A DNA stretch of 64,000 nucleotides from Ylistrum balloti (Eukaryota). The notes below the pieces were generated by a model, which worked only from the letters and a program-made list of their open reading frames with translations, did no database searches and had not been told where the DNA came from. A program made the position numbers and the translations under genes. Each line of letters starts with the position of its first letter. Position 1 is the stretch's first letter. The stretch is taken from contig NW_026782088.1 in assembly GCF_031769215.1 (NCBI RefSeq), positions 310,001 through 374,000 on the forward strand. Reading direction: 5' to 3'. This document shows, piece after piece, positions 50,001 through 61,419 of the stretch.

Positions 50001-52600
50001 TCCATCTCCTGATACCAAAATGATCAAGAAATGGATTACTTCACTCGCCTTTTATTTACTAATGAGGTAACAGAGGGTATAACCATATAAAGCTAGTAGG
50101 GACAAGATGATGCTGGTGTTACTTCAAATTCAAAGTTCTATTTATATAAAAGACAAAACAATACAGGAAACTGAAAAAACTATCACTACTTTGCAACAAT
50201 TTACAAGAAACAGATAAAGAATTTAGGTAATTTGACGCATTAATATTCTTCCAAGGAGGGTCAATGTACAGGAACTGACCTTGAAACTGATCACTATGGG
50301 ATGTGTAGTAGTTTCATTACTGGAGATGACCTTGACACTGGTCACAGAGGTCTATGTACTGGAACTGACCCTGACACTGATCACTATAAGGTTTATGTTG
50401 TGGTGCCTACCTTGATACCGAGAGTCTATCTACTGTAACTGAAATGGACAGCTCACTAGAGTTTATTTCTGCAGCTGACCTTGACACAGATCACTAATGT
50501 TTATTACTGGAGCTGGTGCATTGACTTAGATACATTTTGGTTTACAGACCTTTGATAGAATTTCAAACTATTTTCAGACAATAACAGACAACCAATTAAA
50601 TACAGGTCCTTTATCACTCATCTAGCTTTGTTCGACTGAAATTAATTCATTCAATCCAAAGAAAAAGGATTTTTTTAAGGTTTATATTGATTTCTTAATT
50701 GGGTCCAATACCTATACCCCAGAGTGTCAACAAAACCACTGATACAAGTTTCCTTCACCAAAGAATTCTTCAGATATAACTGGGACAGAAACCTGATATT
50801 CTTATAGACAAAATAAGGATTTTAAAGAATTTGCACCTACTTACCCAATAATGCCTCAAAAATCCTGCCCCAGGGGGCCAAGACCAATCGTTTATGTAAA
50901 TTTGATTCCCTTCACACAGGAATGGTTTAGACTAAATATGGGCCAAATCAAATCATTCCTATAGCAGAAGTAATATCTTACAGAAATTGTTCTATTTCCC
51001 CTTTTAGACTTGCCCCGCTTGGCCGAGAGGGGGCTGAAACCCATCGTATATACAAAATTGCTTCCCTTCCTCAAGAATGCTTCAGGTCAAATTTAGGCAA
51101 CAACTGCTAAGTTTTTCAAGACAAGTAGCAATTTGTTTAAAAAAAAAGCTGACAAACCAGGTAAGCTAATAATTATTTTTCATTTTTCTCAGAGAGTTGA
51201 AAAGCCATACAAAAATCTGGAAAGCCATGGAATTAATTCATTAAGATATATCAGGTATGCACTGTATCTGCAGCACAGTTGTATTAGGATCATGCGTAAC
51301 ATTTGCTTGAAATTTAATTCATCCAGATATAAAAGATATTAAATGATTAAGTATTACCTCTAGGAAATAATTCTTTGAAAATTCTTTCTCCAATGCATTT
51401 TTCCAGGTCTCCCCAAAGTTGACGACAAGACCTTTAGAGTTGGCAGTTTTAGAATGAAGCTTTGCTATGGCTTTTATTCTATTCTGTTCCATTCGGGCCT
51501 TCTGTTCTGGTGACAAAGCTGTGGATGTACCATCTGCACTTGACTTTGTTTCTGGAGTCAATTCTTGCTTCTCTGTTTTGGTCTTCTTAGATGGTGTAAT
51601 ATTCTACAATTTGAACAAGATATTGACAAACAAAAGAAACCTAACCATCCAATTTTAAGTAATATAGTAAATATTTACAAATTTTGTTGAAGTAACAGCC
51701 ATTATAGTAAGTTAAAGATGAACAACTGTTTTATAAGACAACTCTGTCAAATAACCACTATATGTAGTAATGATCACTTTGACAAGGGAAGTCAATTAAG
51801 TACTGCGGAGGAGGAAAGGTATGGAAAAGGAATACATAGCACCAAAGGAGTCATGTTTGGACAGTGTCTCTTTAAACCATTGGAGTCTGCAATCATATCA
51901 ATGACAGGTCAGAAGCATTCCCACTTCAATAGAAGATGCCTTTAAAGTCATATTGATATTTATTCCTGGAGTTTTTGGCCCTAGAGTCACTTTTTTTCTA
52001 TTGTGCAGCTCTGAAATGTATGAAAATATTTCTAAGAAAGCAAATAGGAAGTTTGAGGGAAGCTGGTCAATTTGAAAGTGATCGGCATGGACTTGGATAT
52101 GGGTAAGGCAAAAATACTAGTTATTTTTCAAAGATCCAAGAAAACACCAACATTTTGAATCCGTCTCTGTTATATTGTTATTACATATATATATATATAT
52201 CCTTTTGTGTTATCACACATGACGTCATGGCGACATGGAGTTATCTACACGGTGTTGTCACCAAGGAAATTCAGAATACATAATTATATTTATATCAGTC
52301 CAATTAAATGTTTCAAGAATACTTGCAAAATAATTATGTCACAAAATACATAGATCTAATTTCGAATGCATATTACAAATGAATGAACTAGTCACGATTT
52401 TGAGTGTGTGCAGTACTTAGTTTGATTATAAAGTTGATTTTATTTTGACTATTGTGTGTTTACTTCGACGACCCAATGTGCCGCTGATGTGTGCCTGATG
52501 TAAACATCAATACCTGTTCGTCCTGTGTCATTTCTGTTGAACGCTTATTGGGTGTTGGTCCAGTCTTAAAAAATGCTGAAATTTTAGATTGACCTATCAT
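38015..52600 (-). CDS. UNG: Uracil-DNA glycosylase (family 1); complement(join(38015..38167,46505..46683,47187..47275,48062..48104,49119..49173,49711..49806,51358..51603,52514..52600)), 315 aa
   Basis: Eight phase-compatible GT-AG exons (948 nt). The N-terminal PIP-box-like [11 protein letters not shown] resembles human UNG2 MIGQKTLYSFF. It also has the RPA-binding-type helix [13 protein letters not shown], catalytic motif A GQDPYH, GLCFSV, HPGHG, GVLLLN, VFILWG and motif [12 protein letters not shown]. Confidence 0.96.
38630..40125. repeat. 23-24-bp minisatellite (ATAGGTGTTCACACATACATTTTT) in the last UNG intron
   Basis: About 60 units. It explains the ORFs at 38787, 39115 and 39162. Confidence 0.95.
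41040..41620. repeat. 82-bp compound tandem repeat with 30-bp subunits
   Basis: TCCCCAGGACTGTATCAGTGTTAAACAAAATC recurs at an 82-bp period (41161, 41243) and in shorter units. Confidence 0.88.
42181..44187 (+). CDS. Mab-21/cGAS-like nucleotidyltransferase-fold protein (cGLR type) with C-terminal TPR-like helices, 668 aa; nested antisense in UNG intron 7
   Basis: Uninterrupted 2007-nt ORF with a GCCATGG start and an upstream acceptor TTTGTTACAG at 42166. Mab-21 family motifs: [63 protein letters not shown]-like segments [18 protein letters not shown] and [19 protein letters not shown]. Confidence 0.88.
   Translation: MACSCRELSILLSTYLDRRVIGTQRNINNRRKVMAIEETIHNKGQNISTFLCGDASDGTNVPGLNSDILIVYNDVMVLSPEHNVPPTDKTTLTINEDDSRPGYVALQLTQTGKMCSTVLQNSFVHVGNAVFVSSDIFQEQTTIHHSDMGLPGKSNVPRSTQIKTDYLHSFQCNSWPKRAKEWERRIRLSGWPSQTLIDRIVQKGCHLVPIRERFFMDKTSQWKISFASAERFLIHSFSNVQLKVYCLMKYFFEEIRDTLTKITGEDSILPSDSLKTVMFFALENAHQNVWQEQNLFYCFWFCFNILLSFVKTGHLPNYFIPANNMFLGKVNHQNRKKLFHILNYFHKNKLLCLSFGKFFQPPLLERICNSKTQKELKCSQHVSEVEYQDDASIFFGSVSVSNQCTSMRPAMSLLMKSQSEVEEAIAYGYTLRNISLFAQHDYCHHIAGSSHNKTRYKRTRKCRHQIILCAAMGTCTELLYLATFYFLTGNYSKSLEICRNVLSQPSYYTEGTTDLPPKQRISYLQEYCGKGYTLIYKLKKTLTKSIGFGKESLFLPCLQPEVVKCPSGLYIPPLPYTIFLSFLCCKELGDIKGYEAALHSLIVVKYDDLQGAHRHWIVHTLLGLCYETLDDHTRAVRAYMESAQTKTRYHDFNPAPERIEALQRLDTG
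44158..44410 (+). repeat. Three degenerate tandem copies of the Mab-21 gene stop-codon region
   Basis: CTCTACAGAGGT(T/C)(A/G)GACAC(T/C)(G/T)GATAGCAGAA occurs at ~44162, ~44243 and ~44338. Confidence 0.8.
45555..45920. repeat. Degenerate ~30-bp tandem repeat (TTTCAGTTCAATGTTGAT core)
   Basis: Recurring core. It explains the ORF at 45539. Confidence 0.8.
47348..47850. repeat. 52-bp minisatellite in UNG intron 5
   Basis: CTGCAGTGGTCCACAGTCTGATCCCAATCAGTAGAGTGTAAGATTAGTAAAT occurs about 6 times, with a partial copy at ~47790-47850. Confidence 0.92.
48495..49135 (-). repeat. Minisatellite containing copies of the UNG exon-4 3' end and splice donor
   Basis: Repeated GACTTACCATGAGCTTGTT is the reverse complement of exon 4 AACAAGCTCATG|GTAAGTC. 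Confidence 0.88.
49375..49710 (-). repeat. 65-bp tandem repeat starting at the UNG exon-3 splice donor
   Basis: ATGTAAACTTAC (minus strand GTAAGTTTACAT) occurs six times. The period is 65 bp (49442, 49507, 49572), with one shorter unit. Confidence 0.9.
50750..51090 (-). repeat. Interspersed repeat in UNG intron 2 (same family as 1-330 and 35585-36330)
   Basis: CCCTTC(A/C)...AAG(A/G)AT(G/T)CTTCAG...AAAT(A/T)TGG motifs, inverted relative to 35585-36330. Confidence 0.45.
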
Positions 52601-53581
52601 AACTGGTATTTTTGCCAACTTTCCTGTCTGATGGAATGGAGACTGTAATCTTGTAAACATAAATATCGCCGCTATTCGTCTCCCGCGCTTGATGGTAATG
52701 AGGCTTCTTTCTGTGCACATGCGCGTTACCAACCTGGGGCACTTTCATTTTTCCGGTCGTAACGGCACGGAGGAGTAACAATTTCTTTCCGCATAAAAGA
52801 CCGCATGTTATCTATGTAAACTATGATATAAGTTTTTGAAAGTATCAAGTACATAGTTACTTGTGTATCATGATTTACATGTATCTGATAAAGTGGCTAC
52901 ATTCTCAAATAAAGGTTTATGTTTTTTCAACTCGCTTTACTCATAAAACAATGACCGAGAGCCTGCTTTTTTCTATTAACAACATATTAAATTTAATGAC
53001 TTGTGTTTTATTCCTGAAAGCTGAAAAAATATCGCCAATACAGATCAAACAACGCCTTCAAATTAGAATTAGGCGAACTTTTCATGTCTGCTTGAAATGA
53101 CCATATACAGTTGTTGAAGACATGCCGCGCATGCGTAGATTTCTCGTTCCATGTGAAGATTTTTTTACAATAGATTATCAGAGACGTATGTAACGTGTTA
53201 TATACGTCGCTGAGATTATATAACGGCATTTCAGAAAAAAAATATAGATATATCGTTGAGTTTAAACATATTTTATTGCCAAAATAAATTTGAACAAGGG
53301 AATTGGGCACAAGTTATTGCAACGTATTGGAGCCCTCTCCCATCATACATTTTCAAATACAAGTAGATACCTTTTACGGATAATGTCGTGGAGGACAGAA
53401 GGACACCCCTCCGTGGAGGACAGTCAAAGGGAGGGAACTCCCTTCCGTCCTCCTTCTACATATAGTCTATACGCCCTCCTTCTCCACGGAGTACATGCTT
53501 ATAAAGATATAGGTTTAAACATATATTATACATATTAAGCATTTACACACAAACATAAATACATCATCGTATAAGAATCTT

Positions 53582-54470
53582 TTAAAGCCTTTTGCTGGAT
53601 TTAATGAAATTTTGTACATGTGTAAAGACAAAATAGTTTAGGTCCTCAGAAAGATCAATACTACCAAACAAAAGAAGTTCTAAATTCAAATCTACTTCAA
53701 ATTCAGCCAAATTATGAAACAAATGCGTCTTTCATTTCTGAAAGTTTGACACTCAAAGAAGAAGTGAAAGGCATTCTCACAAGGATGTCCACAGGAGCAA
53801 ACTGGATTTTCAGCAAATTTACTCGATAAAGATCGTATTTAAGGGAACTACAACTGTGTCTAAGTTTAGTATGTATTATGTTTAACTTACGTTCACCATA
53901 ACTAAAATAGATAGGTGGGGATTGTTGTGTATTTAAAGTAAGTGAGGTTTTAAACAAATTTATGGAAGGCAGTGACCGTACAGAGAAATCGAACAAATTC
54001 CAGCTACGAAGTGTAGAAGGTATAAAAGAGAGGTTTGTAAGAGAAAGCCCAAATAGAGGAACTCTATAATCATTGTTATTTCTAAGATTGTATCTCTTAT
54101 TACCTGCAACAATAGGTGGCAAGAGAGTGTTTAAATTATCTGGAGTTAGCTTGTTATGCATTTTAAATAAAAGTTGAAGTTTTCTTTCATTTTCGACGAT
54201 TCGAAAGTGTATCTAAACCAGTTTCAAAATATAAATCTTCTATACGTGCATAAGAAGGAAGGCCAGTTATAATACGAGCAGCTTCTCTTTGGGCTTTCTC
54301 TTAATTATCTGATTCAGTATTAGTGCAACCGTCCCAAAATTCACACGCATACTCTAAAATTGGTAAAATAAAAGTTTTGTAAATTTTTAAGAGACTGTTT
54401 CTATTTAACAAATATTCCAACCTTCTTAAGGCATTGGTTTTCTTCATAACAGATATATATGTAGCATTGA
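53582..54470 (-). mobile_element. 5'-truncated, degenerate CR1-type LINE ORF2 3' fragment
   Basis: Translations IYKTFILPILEYACEFWDGCT, RYNLRNNNDY..SFIPSTLRSWN, GERKLNIIHTKLRHSCSSLKYDL and a terminal LLFGSIDLSEDLNYFVFTHVQNFIKSSKRL* resemble the post-RT C-terminus of invertebrate CR1-clade ORF2. Stops and frameshifts are present. Confidence 0.75.
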
Positions 54471-54959
54471 TATGAACCCCCCTATATATATATATATAGG
54501 TGAAAATTAGTTGTGTCATTTTTTAGTTGAAATTTACACATGAATCCCTTTCATAGTCTTATCAATTTTTAACAAAACGACTGTTTTGACAACTTCAGTG
54601 TGAGATAAAAGCAATATTGTGTATAAATTTCTAAATGTATGCCTCTGACTATCAAGTATAGTAACTTTCCAACACATTGACATATGGCTTGACAAACTTG
54701 AATTAAAAATTAGTTGTGTCATTGTTTAGGTGAAAATAACACATACATGTAATTTCAGTTCATAGTCCCAACGCTGTACATGTAAACACGGCATCACTGT
54801 ACGTGTATCGATGAGTCATTAAGACGGACTGCTGTTTATAGATTTCAGATTTTATTTCTCACTCAGACATACAAACGGTATGTTACAGGAGGCCAAAACT
54901 GATAGCAATTCTTCACGTGGCGGACAAGTATCATGAAACATTAAAATACGTACATCTAG

Positions 54960-55440
54960 ACGTTTTTCAAGCTTTTTCAAGATTTTTAAAAAATTGATAA
55001 AACTTTAACTTTACAAATTAAGAATAATCCATGCATTTTATTTAGTCTAGAATTCACACAATAATAATTAGGGATAAATATATCTCTAATTCTTTTGATC
55101 GATGTATGCTCACGTTTAAATAAATAATGAAATTCATTACCGATATTATTACTACAACATATATTACAAGTTCTGTTTTCCTTAGGTATTCCGATCCATC
55201 TACCAGTTTCCATTGGTAGATTTGTATTTGACGTTCTAAACTTAACAATAATCTGTCTTTCTCTTGGTTTTAGTATCGAAAAGTCTTTTTTCCATCTCGA
55301 AATTCAACTTCATTATAGAATATGTATTTCCACGAGAGGAATTTTCAATATCATTACTTGACCCATTTTTTAATAAACTGATCTTTTAATCTTCGCTTTA
55401 CAATAAGTTTAATATAATCTGACATAAATGTACCTACTTT
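54960..55440 (-). mobile_element. Second degenerate LINE ORF2 3' fragment (different family)
   Basis: ETGRWIGIPKENRTCNICCSNNIGNEFHYLF is a CCHC-knuckle-like terminal motif typical of non-LTR retroelement ORF2 ends. Frameshifts lie upstream. Confidence 0.65.
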
Positions 55441-57494
55441 TTGATAATCCCAGAGAAAATTAATACAAGTTTCTATCGGTATATTAGTGAGGAATAAAAT
55501 GTACGAGTTCAATAATCAATTTCTAATCAATGTTCATCTTTTCGATAGTGTAAGTGGTTACGATAAGATATAGTTAACCGTAGATGTTGTAGACCCTTTC
55601 CGATCCGAATCCTTGATCAAGTGTTTTTAACTGTTAATCTTCAAATTTTAATTGTTCTGTTCAAATGTATTTTCAAATTCTAGATCTTCTCGCATTTTTA
55701 GTTGTTTTAACTAAAGTAAGGAGTGTCAGATGATTTCTTCGTATATTGAATCTGTGAAATCACAAAGGACATAGAGTCGGACGATAAGAGATTAGCCCAC
55801 TTGTACCTGTCCAGGTAAATTACTGAGGTTTACTGGCGCGTCCTTCGAAATAACTGACCTTATGAACTCATATAATAAAGTGTGATGTTTTAATTCAAAA
55901 GATCTTGTTAAACTGAGTTGTAACACTCTGATTTTTTATAATAATCATTGAAGGTGGTTATTTTTTGTTTGTGATTTTGAACATGGATATTTATGCTATC
56001 ACGGATTTAAATTCAAAACGAGTCCGATATGTACCGAACTATTACGGACTAGCAGATGATACCTATGTCACCATGACTGTACCGGTCTTCCGAGTAAAAG
56101 AGTACATACTAAGTCCGAACTAGTAAAGAGTATAATTCGATAAAATTACTCATCCATGTCTGGCCCCATTCTACATGTGGTCTCTCGTGCCTTCGACTCG
56201 ATAACGCTAAGGGGACGTAACCCATGGTATCTCTTATGTAGTAAATTCTAGTACCGAATTATAAATATACATTTATGTTTTACTAGTGACTGATGGAAAC
56301 TGATGAATGCACCAACTCCTCTACAAGATTACATCCAAATACCGTGTTATAAATAAGTCAAAGATCACTAGACTCTTGTAGTTACTTTCTGAAGTTCCAA
56401 TAACAGAAAGTTATGGAAACTGATTAATGCACCAATTTCTCTATTACAAGATCACATCTAAATACCTTGTTATAAATATACTAGATATTACTAGAGACTT
56501 ATATAAACAATTTTTTCCTTGGTAAGTTATTAATGGAAACTGGTCAAAATATCGTGTCACCAATACAAGGGAAATAACTCCTACTGACAAAGCGCTACCA
56601 ATCTCCCATCATCCGATGCTACAATTGCCGGAATTTATATTCTCAGTGCCTCCAGCTTCCCATACGAGTAAATTTGAAGGCAAGAACAACCAAATTACTC
56701 ACATATGTCGTGTTCTGTCACCGGCTCTGCAAGATAGTGTCAGAAAATGGAAATGTACAGAAAAACCTAATATAAACATTGCAATTTTTTAATGATATTA
56801 ATTTATTCTATTGTATTAATTCACATAATTATTAATTTTCTTTTACAAGCAATATTTAAAAGTAAAATAAAACAGACTGAAGATGTAATAAAAACAACCG
56901 TTCCAAGACTACAAGTACCAACCAAACGTGTGATTGACACTATGATCTAATCTGTCGTTGTGTGAAGTTATGTAATTGTCTATTACACTTACGTGAGCGA
57001 AATATAGAATTTGGATTCTATCCGCGTTCTACAGTAATTAAACCAATATGGCGGCGGCCGCATAGTGATACGCTGTAGGCAAACTACGAAAATAGATACA
57101 ATCGACACATCACTTACATCTAACAACACCCATCAATGTAAAACATATATACTCTAATATACATGTGTACAAAAGTGAAATTTCCCTAGTGTCTACACGT
57201 AGTCATGTTGTAAAGGCGTTTTGAGTTGGAATTTGCGAAAACGTACAAGTTACCAGGACAGTGCCGTTAATTTCTAGACAGGTGTTCAGAAATTTATTTG
57301 AAGTTGTAATTTTTGTTGAAATTAGTGATATTTTTGCATGTTTAGCATTTTTTTTATTTGGTAACCATGGCAATCACAAGTCAAAAATCAAGGGGAAATA
57401 TTTTGTTTACACAATTTTATTTCTCTAATGTTACTACAATTACTATGTAGTTTATATATAAATAATATATATACATATAAGTGTGCATTTTTCA

Positions 57495-57660
57495 TAACCG
57501 ATCCACTATACCTGTATATCTCAAACATGTCTTATGTTTTAAGGAAAAATGCAAATTAGATGTTCCTGATACCCAAGACCGATCCACCATACCTGCATAT
57601 CTCAAACATGTCTTATGTTTTCAGGAAAAATGCAAATGAGATGTTCCTGATACCCAAGCA
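57495..57660. repeat. ~81-bp direct tandem duplication
   Basis: CCGATCCAC(T/C)ATACCTG(T/C)ATATCTCAAACATGTCTTATGTTTT..GGAAAAATGCAAAT.AGATGTTCCTGATACCCAAG occurs twice. Confidence 0.85.
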
Positions 57661-57859
57661 TGTCCAGTGCTACATTTATTGATCTAAACACAATTAATTA
57701 ATTCATTACTGTAAATATATTAAATAACGATACACTTATGACTTTTCAAGGTATGTTTTATTCATGGAATTTGCTGCTTCTTGGAAACAATGTTAAGAAC
57801 AAGATGAAAATATTACTGTACTTGATATAGGTCGCCCTGAACACAGTTGAATAGTCTTT

Positions 57860-59040
57860 ATAGTGTAATGGAACACTACAAAGGAGAGTGTGGTGGGGAT
57901 AGATGGGGTGTAATGGAACACTTCAAAGGAGAGTGTGGTTGGGACAGATGGGGTGTGATGGAACACTAAAGGAGAGTGCGGTGGGGACAGATAGGGTGTG
58001 ATGGAACACTAAAGGAGAGTGTGGTGGGGATAGATAGGATGTGATGGAACACTAAATGGGAGTGTGGTGAGGACAGATGGGGTGTGATAGAACACTAAAT
58101 GAGAGTGTGGTGGGGACAGGTAGGGTGTAATGGAACACTGAAGGAGAGTGTGTTGGGGACAGATAGGGTGTGATGGAACATTAAATGGGAGTGTGGTGAG
58201 GACAGATGGGGTGTGATGGAACACTAAATGGGAGTGTGGTGAGGACAGATGGGGTGTGATGGAACACTAAAGGAGAGTGTGGTGGGGACAGATAGGGTGT
58301 GATGGAACACTAAATGAGAGTGTGGTGGGGACAGATAGGGTGTGATGGAACACTAAAGAAGAGTGTGGTGGGGACAGATGGGGTGTGATGGAACACTAAA
58401 AGAGAGCGTGGTGGGGACAGATGGGGTGTAATGGAACACTACAAAGGAGAGTGTGGAGGGGACAGATAGGGTGTGAAGGAACACTAAAGGAGAGTGTAGT
58501 GGGGACAGATAGGGTGTGATAGACACTAAAGCAGAGTGTTGTGGGGACAGATGGGGCGTGATGGTGGAAACGGATAGGGTGGTATTGAACAGTAAAATAA
58601 GAGAGTTTGGTGGGAACCTATAGCGTGGCATTGAACTGTAAAATAAGAGAGTGTGGTGGAAACGGATAGGGTGGTATTGAACTGTAAAATAAGAGAGTGT
58701 GGTGGAAACGGATAGGGTGGTATTGAACAGTAAAATAAGAGAGTGCATTGGGGACGAAAGGGGTAAGATGGAAAACTTCAATAGGAAAGTGTGGTGGGGA
58801 CGGATGGGGAGAGATGGAAACATAAATAGGGAAATGTGGTTAGGACGGGTAGGGTGTGATGAAAAATTTTAAATAGGAGAGTGTGATCGGGGCGGATCGG
58901 GTGTGATAAAACATCATAATAGGAGAATGTGGTGGGGACGGATGAGGTGCGATGGAACACTTAAAAAGGAGAGTTTGGTGTGGACGCAAGAGGTAAGAAC
59001 ACTTTAACAGAAGGGTGTGGTGGGGGAGGATAGGGTGTGA
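57860..59040. repeat. G-rich ~42-bp minisatellite (GATGGAACACTAAAGGAGAGTGTGGTGGGGACAGATAGGGTGT) and diverged continuation
   Basis: Tandem units. They explain the minus-strand ORFs at 58009, 58353 and 58778. Confidence 0.9.
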
Positions 59041-59345
59041 TGGAACACTTCAACAGGAGATGTGATGGAACACTTCAATAGGAGATGTGATGGAACGCTT
59101 CAATAGAAGATGTGGTGGAACGCTTCAATAGAAGATGTGGTGGAACGCTTCAATAGGAGATGTGATGGAACGCTTCAATAGGAGATGTGATGGAACACTT
59201 CAATAAGAGATGTGATGGAACACTTCAATAAGAGATGTGATGGAACACTTAAATAGGAAATGTGATGGAACACTTCAATAGGAGATGTCATGGAACACTT
59301 CAATAAGAGATGTGATGGAACATTTCAATAAGAGATGTGATGGAA
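59040..59345. repeat. 24-bp minisatellite (GTGATGGAACACTTCAATAGGAGAT core)
   Basis: About 12 tandem units. Confidence 0.9.
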
Positions 59346-59504
59346 CACCTAAATGCGAGAACACGGTGGAGCAGTTGCAGAGCGCGATGTAAACGGGATG
59401 TGATAGAACATTCGGAGAAGATGTGATACAGCATAGGATGAGGACGGTATGAAAGTTGTGTGAGCACGGTGGGGACGACTGAGGTGGAATATTGGGAAAG
59501 GACG

Positions 59505-60310
59505 ATGGGAATGGGATGTGATAGATCACTTGGAGAAGATATAATAGAACTAAGGAAGAACGTGATGGAGATGGGATGTGATGGGACATTGGGGGAGCGC
59601 TCTCGGAATGGGATGTGATGGGACATTGGGAGGGCGCTCTCGGAATGGGATGTGATGGGACATTGGAAGGGCGCTCTCGCAATGGGATGTGATGGGACAT
59701 TGAGAGAGCGCTCTCGGATTGGTATGTGATGGGACATTGAGAGGGATCTCTCGGAATGGGATCTGAAGGGACATTGGGAGGGCGCTCTCGGGATGGGATG
59801 TGATGGAAAATTGAGAGGGCGCTCTCGGAATGGTATGTGATGGGACATTGAAAGGGCGCTCTCGGAATGGGATCTGATGGGACATTGGGAGGGCGCTCTC
59901 GGAATGGGATGTGATAGATCACTTGGAGAAGATATAATAGAACTAAGGAAGAACGTGATGGAGACGGGATGTGATGGGACATTGGGGGAGCGCTCTCGGA
60001 ATGGGATGTGATGGGACATTGGGAGGGCTCTCTCGGAGTGGGATGTGATGGGACATTGGGAGGGCGCTCTCGCAATGGGATGTGATGGGACATTGAGAGA
60101 GCGCTCTCGGATTGGTATGTGATGGGACATTGAGAGGGATCTCTCGGAATGGGATCTGAAGGGACATTGGGAGGGCGCTCTCGGAATGGGATGTGATGGA
60201 AAATTGAGAGGGCGCTCTCGGAATGGTATGTGATGGGACATTGAGAGGGCGCTCTCGGAATGGGATCTGATGGGACATTGGGAGGGCGCTCTCGGAGTGG
60301 GATGTGATGG
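59505..60310. repeat. 37-bp minisatellite (GGGATGTGATGGGACATTGGGAGGGCGCTCTCGGAAT) organised as a 393-bp higher-order duplication
   Basis: The marker GATAGATCACTTGGAGAAG occurs at 59520 and 59913. The ORFs at 59550 and 59943 are offset by 393 nt. Confidence 0.92.
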
Positions 60311-61419
60311 AATATTTTGAGAATGCAGCCGGGATGGAGTGTGAAATAAAATGAGACCGCGTTGGGGCCAGTATGTGATAAAACCGTGGAAGGGTATGTA
60401 TGGGCCGTGATGGTTCACATTATTGTGATAAAATCATTCTAAACATATTGCAACTGTAGTCATTTGAAATGCACTTTTTGTTCCATAAAAAATGGGAGTT
60501 GCCTCCCCTTACCTAATGGATGGCTATAATGTAATGCAAAAAGTCTGCATTGTATTCTTCATTTGGAAATGACATACATAGGCATAGCTTGTTATCTGAT
60601 CATATTAGAGTATGAAAAGTTAATAAAACCTTATGAGAACAAAGTGTGTTGGAGTATGAGGATAATGCGATGGGGACAGTGGATGTAAATAAAAGATGAG
60701 GTGATTATCGTAATATGGTCGTGGATTCATGGAGGGTGGGTCGAGTTAGGGACTGGATTGGGTGTGGCCTCTCGAGGAGAGAATGAACCGGTATCATATC
60801 TATATTATATCATATGGTCATGGTTCGCTAATAACATAACATAACTATTGTTTATACAATGCTGTACAGTCAAAAATATAATTATCACACAAATCATGTA
60901 CGGACCTATCCTATTCAGGCAATCATTCCGTCCGTCCGATTTCATATCCTCGTTACCTACACCGCGAAGTACCAGATATATGACCCTCTGTGTTATAACT
61001 CGAACCCGTCCTCTAACACGAAACCTTAATACCGCCTCCCCCGGTCTTATGTAGGATGTTATGGGATCAAACAACCAGTTAATTAAGTCTAGAATGTATT
61101 TTTATCTTTCCGGATTTTCCTCTTATAGACTAATAAGGCGACATAGAAAACTACTTGTCCGCCAACACACTATTGTTAATGACGTGTCAACATCTACTTC
61201 CGTAATAATGAAACGACAAATGCTTGTTTTAAAAAAGACACAAACAACAACGAGAAACGTTCTTCACATAAGTTAACCGATATGGAGATCATGAAAGCGT
61301 CACAGTTTGTTCAAAGCGAATACTTTTTATCGAATAAGCTTGTCAGTATCTGGAAGGATGGTGGACACAAGGGGTTGACTTGCTTCAGTAATAACGGTAG
61401 GCAACATGATCGTGTAGCG

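Noticed and set aside
51830-52010. Possible alternative (mitochondrial) UNG exon after the acceptor-like CATTTCAG in intron 1
   Set aside because: All three frames hit stops and I found no convincing in-frame donor to exon 2.
57040-57062. CCAATATGGCGGCGGCCGC, a YY1/CCAAT-like promoter motif
   Set aside because: I could not identify any downstream exon or ORF to attach it to, and a short motif alone is insufficient.
59275-60418. Long minus-strand ORFs (272 and 372 aa) with SHPIPRAPSQCP repeats
   Set aside because: They are translations of the 37-bp minisatellite. All three frames are open with permuted repeats, and there is no splice or domain evidence.
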